Below, piece after piece: positions 10,713-17,803 of a stretch of DNA of 64,000 nt (position 1 is its first letter; each line of letters begins with the position of its first letter). The notes under the pieces were generated by a model. The model saw only the letters and a program-made list of their open reading frames with translations, did no database searches and was not told where the DNA came from. This DNA is from Candidatus Shapirobacteria bacterium (GTDB taxonomy: Bacteria > Patescibacteriota > Microgenomatia > UBA12405). Position numbers and translations under genes: made by a program. Location of the stretch: the NCBI GenBank assembly GCA_037142555.1, contig JBAXAJ010000002.1:15029-79028 (forward strand), given 5' to 3'.

Positions 10713-12200
10713 ATGAAGTATATTTACGAAGAATCAAGAACTTTCAACGAGTTTTTACTAACTCCAGGGTTAACAGCCAGTTTTTGTACTATTGACAAGA
10801 TAGATTTAAAAACTCATCTAACTAAGTATCGCCCTGATCATCCAACTTTAAAAGGTATGGAACTGAACATCCCAGTGACTTCAGCCATTATGCAGTCAGT
10901 TTCTGACGACAGAATGGCAACTACATTAGCAAAAGAAGGAGGTCTTTCTTTTATCTACTGTTCCCAAAGCATTGAAGATCAATGCGAAATGGTCAGAAGA
11001 GCCAAGAAAGCCAAAGCTGGTTTTGTGGCAAGTGACTCAAATATTAAAGCAACTGACACTTTAGAAACCATTATTAGACTTAAAGATAGTAACGGTCACT
11101 CAACTATGGCAGTCACTCACAATGGTAAGTCAACCGGTAAACTTCTCGGACTTGTCACTTCTCGTGATTACAGAATTGGTAAAACTCCAAGTAACACAAA
11201 AGTATCAGAATTCATGACTCCAATTGACAAACTTGTGTATGCTAAAGACGGTACAACTTTGACAGAGGCAAACGACCTGATTTGGGAACATAAATTAAAT
11301 TGTTTGCCAATTGTCAGCAAGAAAGGCAATCTAAAGTCATTAGTATTCAGGAAAGATTATGAGCAACACGCTAATAATCGTAATGAACTATTGGATGAAA
11401 AGAAAGCCTACCTTATAGGAGCCGGAGTTAATACTAAAGATTACAAAGAACGTATCCCAGCTCTTATTAAAGCCGGAGTTGACATCCTTTGTATTGACTC
11501 TTCCGATGGGTACAGCGACTTTGTAAAAAATGTATTAACTTTTGTTAAGTCTAATTACCTAAATGTCCCAATTGGTGCTGGAAACATTGTTAATGCCGAA
11601 GCTTTTTTATATTTAGCCAAAGCTGGTGCCGATTTTATTAAAGTTGGAATTGGTGGCGGTTCAATTTGCATCACTCGTGAGCAAAAAGGGATTGGAGCTG
11701 GCCAAGCAACTGCTGTCATGGAAATCGCCAAAGCCAGAGATGAGTATTTAGAAAAGACAGGAGTTTATGTTCCAATCTGTTCCGATGGCGGAATTGTCAC
11801 TGACACTGATGTAACTATGGCATTAGCTATGGGAGCAGATTTTGTCATGATGGGCAGATATTTTGCCGGTTGTGATGAATCTCCTGGCAAAAAAGTCACA
11901 GTGAACGGAAATGTAATGAAGGAGTATTGGGGTGAAGGGTCAAACCATGCTAGAAATTGGCAACGTTATGATTCAGGTGGTCAAAATTCTCTAAAATTTG
12001 AAGAAGGCGTCGATTCTTTTGTCCCTTACACAGGCAGTGTTAAGGAAAAAATAGAAGTATTGACCGCCAAAATCAAATCCACCATGTCCAGTTGCGGATG
12101 CAGTGATATTCCAACTTTCCATAAGAAAGTCATCATTCGTCCAGTTTCTGGTCTGACTCTTCGCGAGGGTTCAGCCCATGATGTAACTCTTAAAGAGTAA
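10713..12200 (+). CDS. guaB: IMP dehydrogenase with CBS pair
   Basis: SAIMQSVS, IDSSDG, KVGIGGGSICITRE, SDGGI, EEGVDS; start at ATG 10713 after GAGAGGAGTG (track start 10599 overlaps purA). Confidence 0.96.
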   Translation: MKYIYEESRTFNEFLLTPGLTASFCTIDKIDLKTHLTKYRPDHPTLKGMELNIPVTSAIMQSVSDDRMATTLAKEGGLSFIYCSQSIEDQCEMVRRAKKAKAGFVASDSNIKATDTLETIIRLKDSNGHSTMAVTHNGKSTGKLLGLVTSRDYRIGKTPSNTKVSEFMTPIDKLVYAKDGTTLTEANDLIWEHKLNCLPIVSKKGNLKSLVFRKDYEQHANNRNELLDEKKAYLIGAGVNTKDYKERIPALIKAGVDILCIDSSDGYSDFVKNVLTFVKSNYLNVPIGAGNIVNAEAFLYLAKAGADFIKVGIGGGSICITREQKGIGAGQATAVMEIAKARDEYLEKTGVYVPICSDGGIVTDTDVTMALAMGADFVMMGRYFAGCDESPGKKVTVNGNVMKEYWGEGSNHARNWQRYDSGGQNSLKFEEGVDSFVPYTGSVKEKIEVLTAKIKSTMSSCGCSDIPTFHKKVIIRPVSGLTLREGSAHDVTLKE

Positions 12201-12233
12201 CAAAGTTGTTAAATGATTTTTATTGATGAAATG

Positions 12234-12290
12234 GCCGGTAGGTGAATATATTTTTTTAAAAATATAAACACTTGCCGGCTTTTTCTTTTT
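12234..12290 (+). terminator. Conserved long-hairpin intrinsic terminator, copy 1
   Basis: GCCGGTAGGTG-AA-TATATTTTT-TT-AAAAATATA-AA-CACTTGCCGGC followed by a T tract. Confidence 0.88.
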
Positions 12291-12300
12291 GCAGTACAAT
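12272..12300 (+). promoter_or_regulatory. Sigma70 promoter, cassette 2 (-35 lies within the preceding terminator arm)
   Basis: TTGCCG-17 nt-TACAAT. Confidence 0.6.
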
Positions 12301-12303
12301 CCA

Positions 12304-12351
12304 GTACTTTTATTAAAAAGCCAACAGCTGGTGAAATTTAATAATTAGTAC
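12304..12351 (+). repeat. Conserved 5' leader hairpin, copy 2
   Basis: GTACTTTTATTAAA-AA-GCCA-ACAGC-TGGT-GAAA-TTTAATAATTAGTAC. Confidence 0.85.
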
Positions 12352-12427
12352 AGCACTTTTAAAATTAATAAAGCTAAAAACTTTTATATATAGATAAAAA
12401 AATAAAAAAAGAAGAGGAGTGAAATTT

Positions 12428-12649
12428 ATGAAGAAAACAGTTATTTGTCTTGGAAAAGTTGTAGATTTAACTGAAATTACCAACATTAGTGAAGGTTTTA
12501 TAAGTGACAGAGGTTCATATTTTATTGTTTCTTTATTATCTGGAGAAGAAATAACTTTACCTTGTTATGGATATTGTCCTGCTGATTTAGAACCAAAAAG
12601 GAATAATCTTATAAAAAAATGGACAAAATACAGAAATTCACAAAAATAA
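12428..12649 (+). CDS. Small hypothetical protein
   Basis: ORF with SD GAGGAGTG before ATG 12428 (track GTG start 12419). Confidence 0.7.
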   Translation: MKKTVICLGKVVDLTEITNISEGFISDRGSYFIVSLLSGEEITLPCYGYCPADLEPKRNNLIKKWTKYRNSQK

Positions 12650-12672
12650 AAAAGAAGGAGAGTGGGTTTGTT

Positions 12673-12954
12673 ATGAGGAAAAGGTATTATCAAATTACGT
12701 CAGACGAAGATTTTAAGGAAATGGATTTTAAAATCAAATGTTTTGAAAGAATTTTTATTTTAGTGGAAATAGTTTTAATACTTCTCACAATTTATTTCCA
12801 GAATTTGTGGTTTCTTGTTTTAATTTTTATTATTGGAATCCCTTGTATTTTAGTTGAAATAAACATTGTTGGTCCGGCTAAATCAGCAATGGGAAATTTT
12901 ATGAATGAAAAATATAAAAAAGGCATTGTTTATGTCTATAAGAAGAAGGAGTGA
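12673..12954 (+). CDS. Small two-TM membrane protein
   Basis: Two hydrophobic segments; AAGGAG upstream of ATG 12673 (track start 12619). Confidence 0.65.
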   Translation: MRKRYYQITSDEDFKEMDFKIKCFERIFILVEIVLILLTIYFQNLWFLVLIFIIGIPCILVEINIVGPAKSAMGNFMNEKYKKGIVYVYKKKE

Positions 12955-12959
12955 TTTTA

Positions 12960-13241
12960 ATGAAATTAAAAGTTACAAAAGAAATTCTTAAGTTGTTGAT
13001 TGAGGAAACTTTTGAAGTTAATGAAGAAAATATTTTTCCAAGCAACTTTTCTGGAAAAGTATATTTCAACAATTATAGTGATTATGGTCATCACATGTTT
13101 CGTGTTAACCCTCAATTAATTGTCACTGAATCATCAGACAATGTATTTTATATTTTCACAACTCTAACTCAAAAAATGACAAAAGAAATTAAAAAATCAT
13201 TTGAAGAATTTTGTGAATCTATTGGAAGAGAGGGATTTTAG
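12960..13241 (+). CDS. Small hypothetical protein
   Basis: SD AAGGAGTG before ATG 12960 (track start 12951). Confidence 0.7.
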   Translation: MKLKVTKEILKLLIEETFEVNEENIFPSNFSGKVYFNNYSDYGHHMFRVNPQLIVTESSDNVFYIFTTLTQKMTKEIKKSFEEFCESIGREGF

Positions 13242-13243
13242 AC

Positions 13244-13372
13244 ATGAAAAGGAAAAAAATAGTTTGTGACAACACCTGTGGTGTTTCACACATCACAAAA
13301 AGATCTATTTCCAGTTTTAAAACACCAACAAGAAGACGTCATCAACCGAAAAGGGGTCGGAAAGTTTGTTAG
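13244..13372 (+). CDS. 42-aa very basic peptide (not in ORF track)
   Basis: MKRKKIVCDNTCGVSHITKRSISSFKTPTRRRHQPKRGRKVC; GAGAGGG upstream; fills the gap to the terminator. Confidence 0.55.
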   Translation: MKRKKIVCDNTCGVSHITKRSISSFKTPTRRRHQPKRGRKVC

Positions 13373-13392
13373 TTTTTATTAATTTTGCAATA

Positions 13393-13450
13393 CCGGTAGG
13401 TGTCAATGTATATTTTTTTAAAATATATAAACACTTGCCGGCTTTTTTTT
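13393..13450 (+). terminator. Conserved long-hairpin intrinsic terminator, copy 2
   Basis: CCGGTAGGTGT...TATATTTT..AAAATATA...ACACTTGCCGG-C-T8. Confidence 0.88.
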
Positions 13451-13460
13451 AAGCCTATAA

Positions 13461-13489
13461 TTGACTATCTAGCCACTTTACATTATAAT
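13461..13489 (+). promoter_or_regulatory. Sigma70 promoter, cassette 3
   Basis: TTGACT-17 nt-TATAAT. Confidence 0.85.
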
Positions 13490-13495
13490 CACCAC

Positions 13496-13537
13496 ACTTT
13501 TATTAAATGATCTAAAGCAGATAAATTTAATGTAAGT
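13496..13537 (+). repeat. Conserved 5' leader hairpin, copy 3
   Basis: ACTTTTATTAAA-TG-ATCT-AAAGC-AGAT-AAA-TTTAATGTAAGT; the inner stem shows compensatory changes. Confidence 0.8.
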
Positions 13538-13586
13538 ATGCACATTAAATCAATAAAATAAAAAAAAGAGAGAGGAGTGTTTTTAA

Positions 13587-13874
13587 ATGCAAGCACCAGT
13601 AAGAGAAAGGCCGATTAGGATTTTCAAACAAGAAGAATTGATTGATTTTGTCCAAAAAGAATTTGGAGAAACAGCAGTTGTAGGTCCATTCATCGGGATA
13701 TGTAGTTGTTTATTGATAACAGAAAAAAGTAGTTTCATTATCAATTCCAGACTGTTTATTCGGGAGATCACTTCAACAGGGTATTTAGAAAATAACAACG
13801 CAAAAGAAATAGAAAATGCTTTAAAAGAAGCATATTTCAATCAAACAAGAGGAGTCGACCAAAATGTCCAATGA
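13587..13874 (+). CDS. Small hypothetical protein
   Basis: 95 aa with SD GAGAGGAGTG. Confidence 0.7.
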   Translation: MQAPVRERPIRIFKQEELIDFVQKEFGETAVVGPFIGICSCLLITEKSSFIINSRLFIREITSTGYLENNNAKEIENALKEAYFNQTRGVDQNVQ

Positions 13875-14052
13875 AATTGAAAACGAAGCAAAAAAGCCAA
13901 TTAGATTTGGTAAGTTGAAAGTGTTAAGAAAAACCATTGAGCCTGGGCCAACAAGATGTTTTCTCACTCGTTGTGATTGTAAAAATCTGAAAATTATTCC
14001 AGAAGCTGATCTAAAATCAGGTTCAATAACAAGTTGCGGAAAATGCGAATAA
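13864..14052 (+). CDS. Small Cys-rich protein resembling the N-terminal module of phage AP2/HNH proteins
   Basis: RFGKLKV...RCDCKN...L.SG.ITSCG.C pattern; SD GAGGAG. Confidence 0.65.
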   Translation: MSNEIENEAKKPIRFGKLKVLRKTIEPGPTRCFLTRCDCKNLKIIPEADLKSGSITSCGKCE

Positions 14053-14070
14053 CCAAAGGAGGTTGTTGAA

Positions 14071-14418
14071 ATGACTACTGAAGAAAGACAAAAATTCATT
14101 AGGAAAATGAAGCGAAAACAAACTCAAATCAACAACACAATCGCAAAATTGGAAAGTGTTGAAGATCTTGAAGATTTAATTTCAATAAATCAATGTATTT
14201 TTGTGGCCAACAATCTTATCCGAACACAAAATAAATATCTTGAAGTTCATTATTTTAATAATAATAACAATTTAGGGTATCTTCTCAATGTTTGTGATGG
14301 GATTATCAGAGAAAATAAGAAGATTGAGTCAAACAATGAATACATAACTTCAAATCAGATACTCCAAAAGTTAACACTTTTAAAGTGTTATGCATCTTCA
14401 CCTTTAGTTTCCTTTTAA
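14071..14418 (+). CDS. Hypothetical helical protein
   Basis: 115 aa, SD AAGGAGG. Confidence 0.7.
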   Translation: MTTEERQKFIRKMKRKQTQINNTIAKLESVEDLEDLISINQCIFVANNLIRTQNKYLEVHYFNNNNNLGYLLNVCDGIIRENKKIESNNEYITSNQILQKLTLLKCYASSPLVSF

Positions 14419-14439
14419 ATTTTTTAGTTTTATTGATCG

Positions 14440-14494
14440 AGTCGGAGGCAAATATATTTTTTTATAAAAATATAAACACCTCCGGCTTTTTCTT
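14440..14494 (+). terminator. Conserved long-hairpin intrinsic terminator, copy 3
   Basis: AGTCGGAGG...TATATTTTT..AAAAATATA-AACA-CCTCCGGCT followed by a T tract. Confidence 0.85.
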
Positions 14495-14514
14495 GACCAA
14501 ATATAACCTATAAC

Positions 14515-14543
14515 TTGACAAACAAAATATAACATGATATTAT
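14515..14543 (+). promoter_or_regulatory. Strong sigma70 promoter
   Basis: TTGACA-17 nt-TATTAT with an extended -10 TG. Confidence 0.8.
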
Positions 14544-14549
14544 AAGACT

Positions 14550-14681
14550 ATAACCTTAAAAATTAGTGGTTAAAGGAGAGAACGGGAGTATAGCTCCTCA
14601 AGAGTTCTTGTACCCCTTTTCTCCTTTGAACATTAATTAATAATAATTAAATCGGCTCGATTCTTCGGGCCGGTTTTTTTT
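14550..14681 (+). ncRNA. Candidate structured RNA (sRNA or attenuator leader)
   Basis: About 130 nt between a promoter and a terminator; AAAGGAGAG pairs with TTTCTCCTTT, enclosing further stems; no SD-led ORF. Confidence 0.55.
14651..14681 (+). terminator. Intrinsic terminator
   Basis: ATCGGCTCGA-TTCT-TCGGGCCGGT followed by a T tract. Confidence 0.85.
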
Positions 14682-14723
14682 GGTCAAAGCAAATGTTTTT
14701 ATTATTTTTTACGACCAAACTAT

Positions 14724-15575
14724 ATGGCTAAAAAAATAATAGTTGCCAATCCCCATGGTTTTTGCCTTGGTGTGACTCGCGCTGTCAATCTAGCCAAAGA
14801 CACAGCCAAAAAATATCCCAAGCAAACCTATTTATTAGGTGAAATTGTTCATAATCAGTTTGTAGTCAAAGATTTAAAAGACAATTACGGCATTTTTACT
14901 GTTAATTCGCTCCAAGAAATTCCCGCTGGTTCAGCGGTTATCATCCGCGCCCATGGTGCTTCTCCTCAAAGCTTTTCAGAAGCCAAGTCTTTGGGTTTAA
15001 ATATTATTGACGCCACTTGTCCTTTAGTTAGCAAAGTTCATCAAGATGTTAAAAAAATAGCTTCAGAAAATAAACATATCATTTATGTTGCTTCTGATTT
15101 GGATCATGATGAAGCCATTAGTGTCCAAAGCCAAGCTCCAAAAAACATCACTCTAATCACTCTTAAAGACCTTTCTAATTTAGAAATTAAAAACCCCCAA
15201 GATACTATAGTTATCACTCAAACCACTCTCTCAATTTTTGAGACCCAAAAAGAACTAGAAAAAATAAAACAAAAATATCCTCAAATTATTATCCAACCTC
15301 ACATCTGTGATGCCACCACCCAGCGTCAAAAGGCCATATCTAAGATTGCCAAAGAATCGGATATACTTATTATAGTTGGCTCAAAAAATAGTTCAAATTC
15401 AAAACGGCTTTTTGAACTAGGAGAATCTCTTGGAGTCAAATCTTTTATAATTGAATCAGCCAGTGATTTACAACCAAGTTACTTTGAGGGGGTTAATAAA
15501 ATCGCCATTAGTTCTGGTGCCAGCACTCCAGAAAATTTATTAAATGAAGTTATTAAAAAAATTAATAGTTTATAA
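14724..15575 (+). CDS. ispH: 4-hydroxy-3-methylbut-2-enyl diphosphate reductase
   Basis: GFCLGV, IVHN, RAHG, DATCPLV, TQTT, ICDAT, SSNS, GASTP. Confidence 0.97.
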   Translation: MAKKIIVANPHGFCLGVTRAVNLAKDTAKKYPKQTYLLGEIVHNQFVVKDLKDNYGIFTVNSLQEIPAGSAVIIRAHGASPQSFSEAKSLGLNIIDATCPLVSKVHQDVKKIASENKHIIYVASDLDHDEAISVQSQAPKNITLITLKDLSNLEIKNPQDTIVITQTTLSIFETQKELEKIKQKYPQIIIQPHICDATTQRQKAISKIAKESDILIIVGSKNSSNSKRLFELGESLGVKSFIIESASDLQPSYFEGVNKIAISSGASTPENLLNEVIKKINSL

Positions 15576-15578
15576 ATT

Positions 15579-16634
15579 ATGATTAATAGAAAACTAACAA
15601 AAAAAATTCGGGTCGGTAATATCTTCATTGGTGGCGACGCTCCAATTCCAGTTCAAACTATGATTAAATCTGATGCTCATGACGTCGATGCTGTTGTCAA
15701 AGAAATTTTGAGAACCGAAGACGTTGGTTGCGAAATCACCCGAATGGGCGTTCTTGACATGGAAAGTGTCAAAAACTTTTCCAAAATCAAAAAACAGATT
15801 CATATTCCTATTGTTGCCGACATCCATTTTGATTATCGGCTTGCCATTGAAGCCATCAAACAAGGTGTCGATAAATTACGAATTAATCCTGGAAATATCG
15901 GCGACATCTCTAATGTCAAAAAAGTTGTTAATCTAGCCAAAGAGCGTGGTGTTCCTATCAGAATTGGTGTTAATGCTGGTTCTCTGGAAAAAGATATTTT
16001 AGAAAAAAATAATGGTCATGCCACTGCTGCTGGGCTAGTTGAATCTGCTTCTCGTCACATCAAAATTCTTGAAGACTTGAACTTTGATCAAACTATAGTT
16101 TCTCTTAAAGCTTCAGATATTGCTATGACAGTTGAGGCTTATAATCTTTTTTCTCAAAAGTATGATTATCCACTCCATATTGGCATTACTGAAGCTGGAA
16201 CCAACTGGTCGGGAACTATCAAATCTAGCATCGGGATCGGTAGTCTTTTATTAGATGGCATTGGCGACACTCTTCGAGTTTCTTTAACCGCCGATCCAAC
16301 TCTAGAAGTTCGCACTGGTTGGGAAATTTTAAAAAATCTCGAAATCAGAGATCGTGGCCCTAGGCTAATTTCTTGTCCAACTTGCAGCCGCACTCAATAT
16401 GACTTATTTGCCCTTGTCAAACAAGTTGAAGAATATCTAGCCACCTTAGACAAGTCTATTAAAGTTGCGGTCATGGGTTGTGTGGTTAATGGGCCAGGTG
16501 AAGCCAGAGAAGCCGATGTTGGCGTGGCTGGAGGCAAAGATTGTGGTATTTTATTTTCAAAAGGAAAGATTTTAAAAACTATTCCCGAATCAGACATGTT
16601 TTTCGAACTAAAAAAGTTAATTGAACAGTTTTAA
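15579..16634 (+). CDS. ispG: HMBPP synthase
   Basis: ADIHFD, RINPGN, RIGVNAGS, SCPTCSR, GCVVNGPGE. Confidence 0.98.
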   Translation: MINRKLTKKIRVGNIFIGGDAPIPVQTMIKSDAHDVDAVVKEILRTEDVGCEITRMGVLDMESVKNFSKIKKQIHIPIVADIHFDYRLAIEAIKQGVDKLRINPGNIGDISNVKKVVNLAKERGVPIRIGVNAGSLEKDILEKNNGHATAAGLVESASRHIKILEDLNFDQTIVSLKASDIAMTVEAYNLFSQKYDYPLHIGITEAGTNWSGTIKSSIGIGSLLLDGIGDTLRVSLTADPTLEVRTGWEILKNLEIRDRGPRLISCPTCSRTQYDLFALVKQVEEYLATLDKSIKVAVMGCVVNGPGEAREADVGVAGGKDCGILFSKGKILKTIPESDMFFELKKLIEQF

Positions 16635-16662
16635 TAATTTAAAATATAGTAAAATCAATCAA

Positions 16663-17358
16663 ATGACTAATAGAACAACTATCACTGGTTTTGTCGGTCC
16701 AATGAATGCCCGAAAAACTCTTCTTCTCCTAGACCATATTTCTGCTGCTGAAGCTGTTGGTGAAAATGTTTTAGTCTATAAACCAGAAATAGATGATCGT
16801 TTCTCCGTTGACCAAATTTGTTCACGTTGTGGTGGTTCTCATAAAGCTATTCCTGTCCCTAGTTCAACTCAAGGTGATTTGAAAGCCAGTTCTAGTTGGA
16901 TTCTAAAAGACGTTCAAAAACAGAAAATTAAACCAAACATTGTCGCCATTGATGAAGCCAATTTCTTCGATGATGACATCGACGAAGTTGCCACGCGTCT
17001 GACCGAAATGGGGATTCAAGTGGCCTACACTGGTCTTAACACTAACTATCGCGGTGAAGCTTTCAGTAATGGCATGAGAGATTTAATGTCTATTTCAAAC
17101 AAACTTGAAGTTTTAACTGCCAGATGCAGCTATTCAGCTGATGGTGTCCACAAATGCGGGGCAGTTGCCACTATGACCCAACGTCTCAAGAATGGCATTG
17201 AAGATTCCTATGAAAGTCCTCTAATCGTTGTTGAAAAATTTGTGACTGACCAAGGGAAACAGCCAACTTACACTTATGAAGCCAGATGTTTGGAACACTG
17301 GTCCATCAAAGGCAATCGACCTAAAAAAGATCTTAAATTCCAGAAACCTGAACTATAA
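16663..17358 (+). CDS. tdk: Thymidine kinase
   Basis: GPMNARKT, KPEIDDRF, IDEANF, YEARC; start ATG 16663, 7 nt after TAAAAT (track start 16621). Confidence 0.9.
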   Translation: MTNRTTITGFVGPMNARKTLLLLDHISAAEAVGENVLVYKPEIDDRFSVDQICSRCGGSHKAIPVPSSTQGDLKASSSWILKDVQKQKIKPNIVAIDEANFFDDDIDEVATRLTEMGIQVAYTGLNTNYRGEAFSNGMRDLMSISNKLEVLTARCSYSADGVHKCGAVATMTQRLKNGIEDSYESPLIVVEKFVTDQGKQPTYTYEARCLEHWSIKGNRPKKDLKFQKPEL

Positions 17359-17788
17359 CTTTTCTTTTTCGACTACAGTCTAGTTCAATTGCAAAAATTC
17401 TTTGCCAAACTCCCAAAATTAATTTGCCATCGATTATTGGAATAGTTTCCGAATTTCTCATTAATAGGTGAGTGCAGTGTGAATGCCCATTAAGACAATC
17501 AGAAACTCCAGATTGACAGACTAAATTTTCAGTTCTCAAATTTAAATCATTATGTTGGTAATAAGCAGTGTTAGGGATTAATTTATCCATCAATTCCTTA
17601 AAATCATTACAAATTCCTTTTTCTTTTTCATTGACGCAAATTGCCAAAGTGGTGTGGGTTGAATAGACCAAGACTGATCCATTCTTAACTTCTGCCTCTT
17701 TTACAATTTTTTCAACCTCTTCTGTGATGTCGATAAATTCTAAATATTTTTCGGATTTGAACTCGATGTTGTCGTTTTTTATTTTCAT
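17333..17788 (-). CDS. YjbQ/UPF0047 family protein
   Basis: DIT, HTT, NE, YQHN, NGHSH, LGVWQ.I...E.D. Confidence 0.92.
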   Translation of the reverse strand: MKIKNDNIEFKSEKYLEFIDITEEVEKIVKEAEVKNGSVLVYSTHTTLAICVNEKEKGICNDFKELMDKLIPNTAYYQHNDLNLRTENLVCQSGVSDCLNGHSHCTHLLMRNSETIPIIDGKLILGVWQRIFAIELDCSRKRKVIVQVSGI

Positions 17789-17803
17789 AATAATATTAAG
17801 TCG

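Noticed and set aside
9116-14494. Classical integron (attC) or CRISPR interpretation of the repeats
   Set aside because: No RYYYAAC/GTTRRRY core ends, no integrase or cas genes, kb-scale spacing, and each unit has its own promoter.
14566-14640. 24-codon GTG ORF within the candidate ncRNA
   Set aside because: No SD or leaderless context; the region is better explained by base pairing.
14550-14681. SRP (4.5S) RNA
   Set aside because: It lacks the conserved helix 8 CAGG...GGAA...AGCAG motif.
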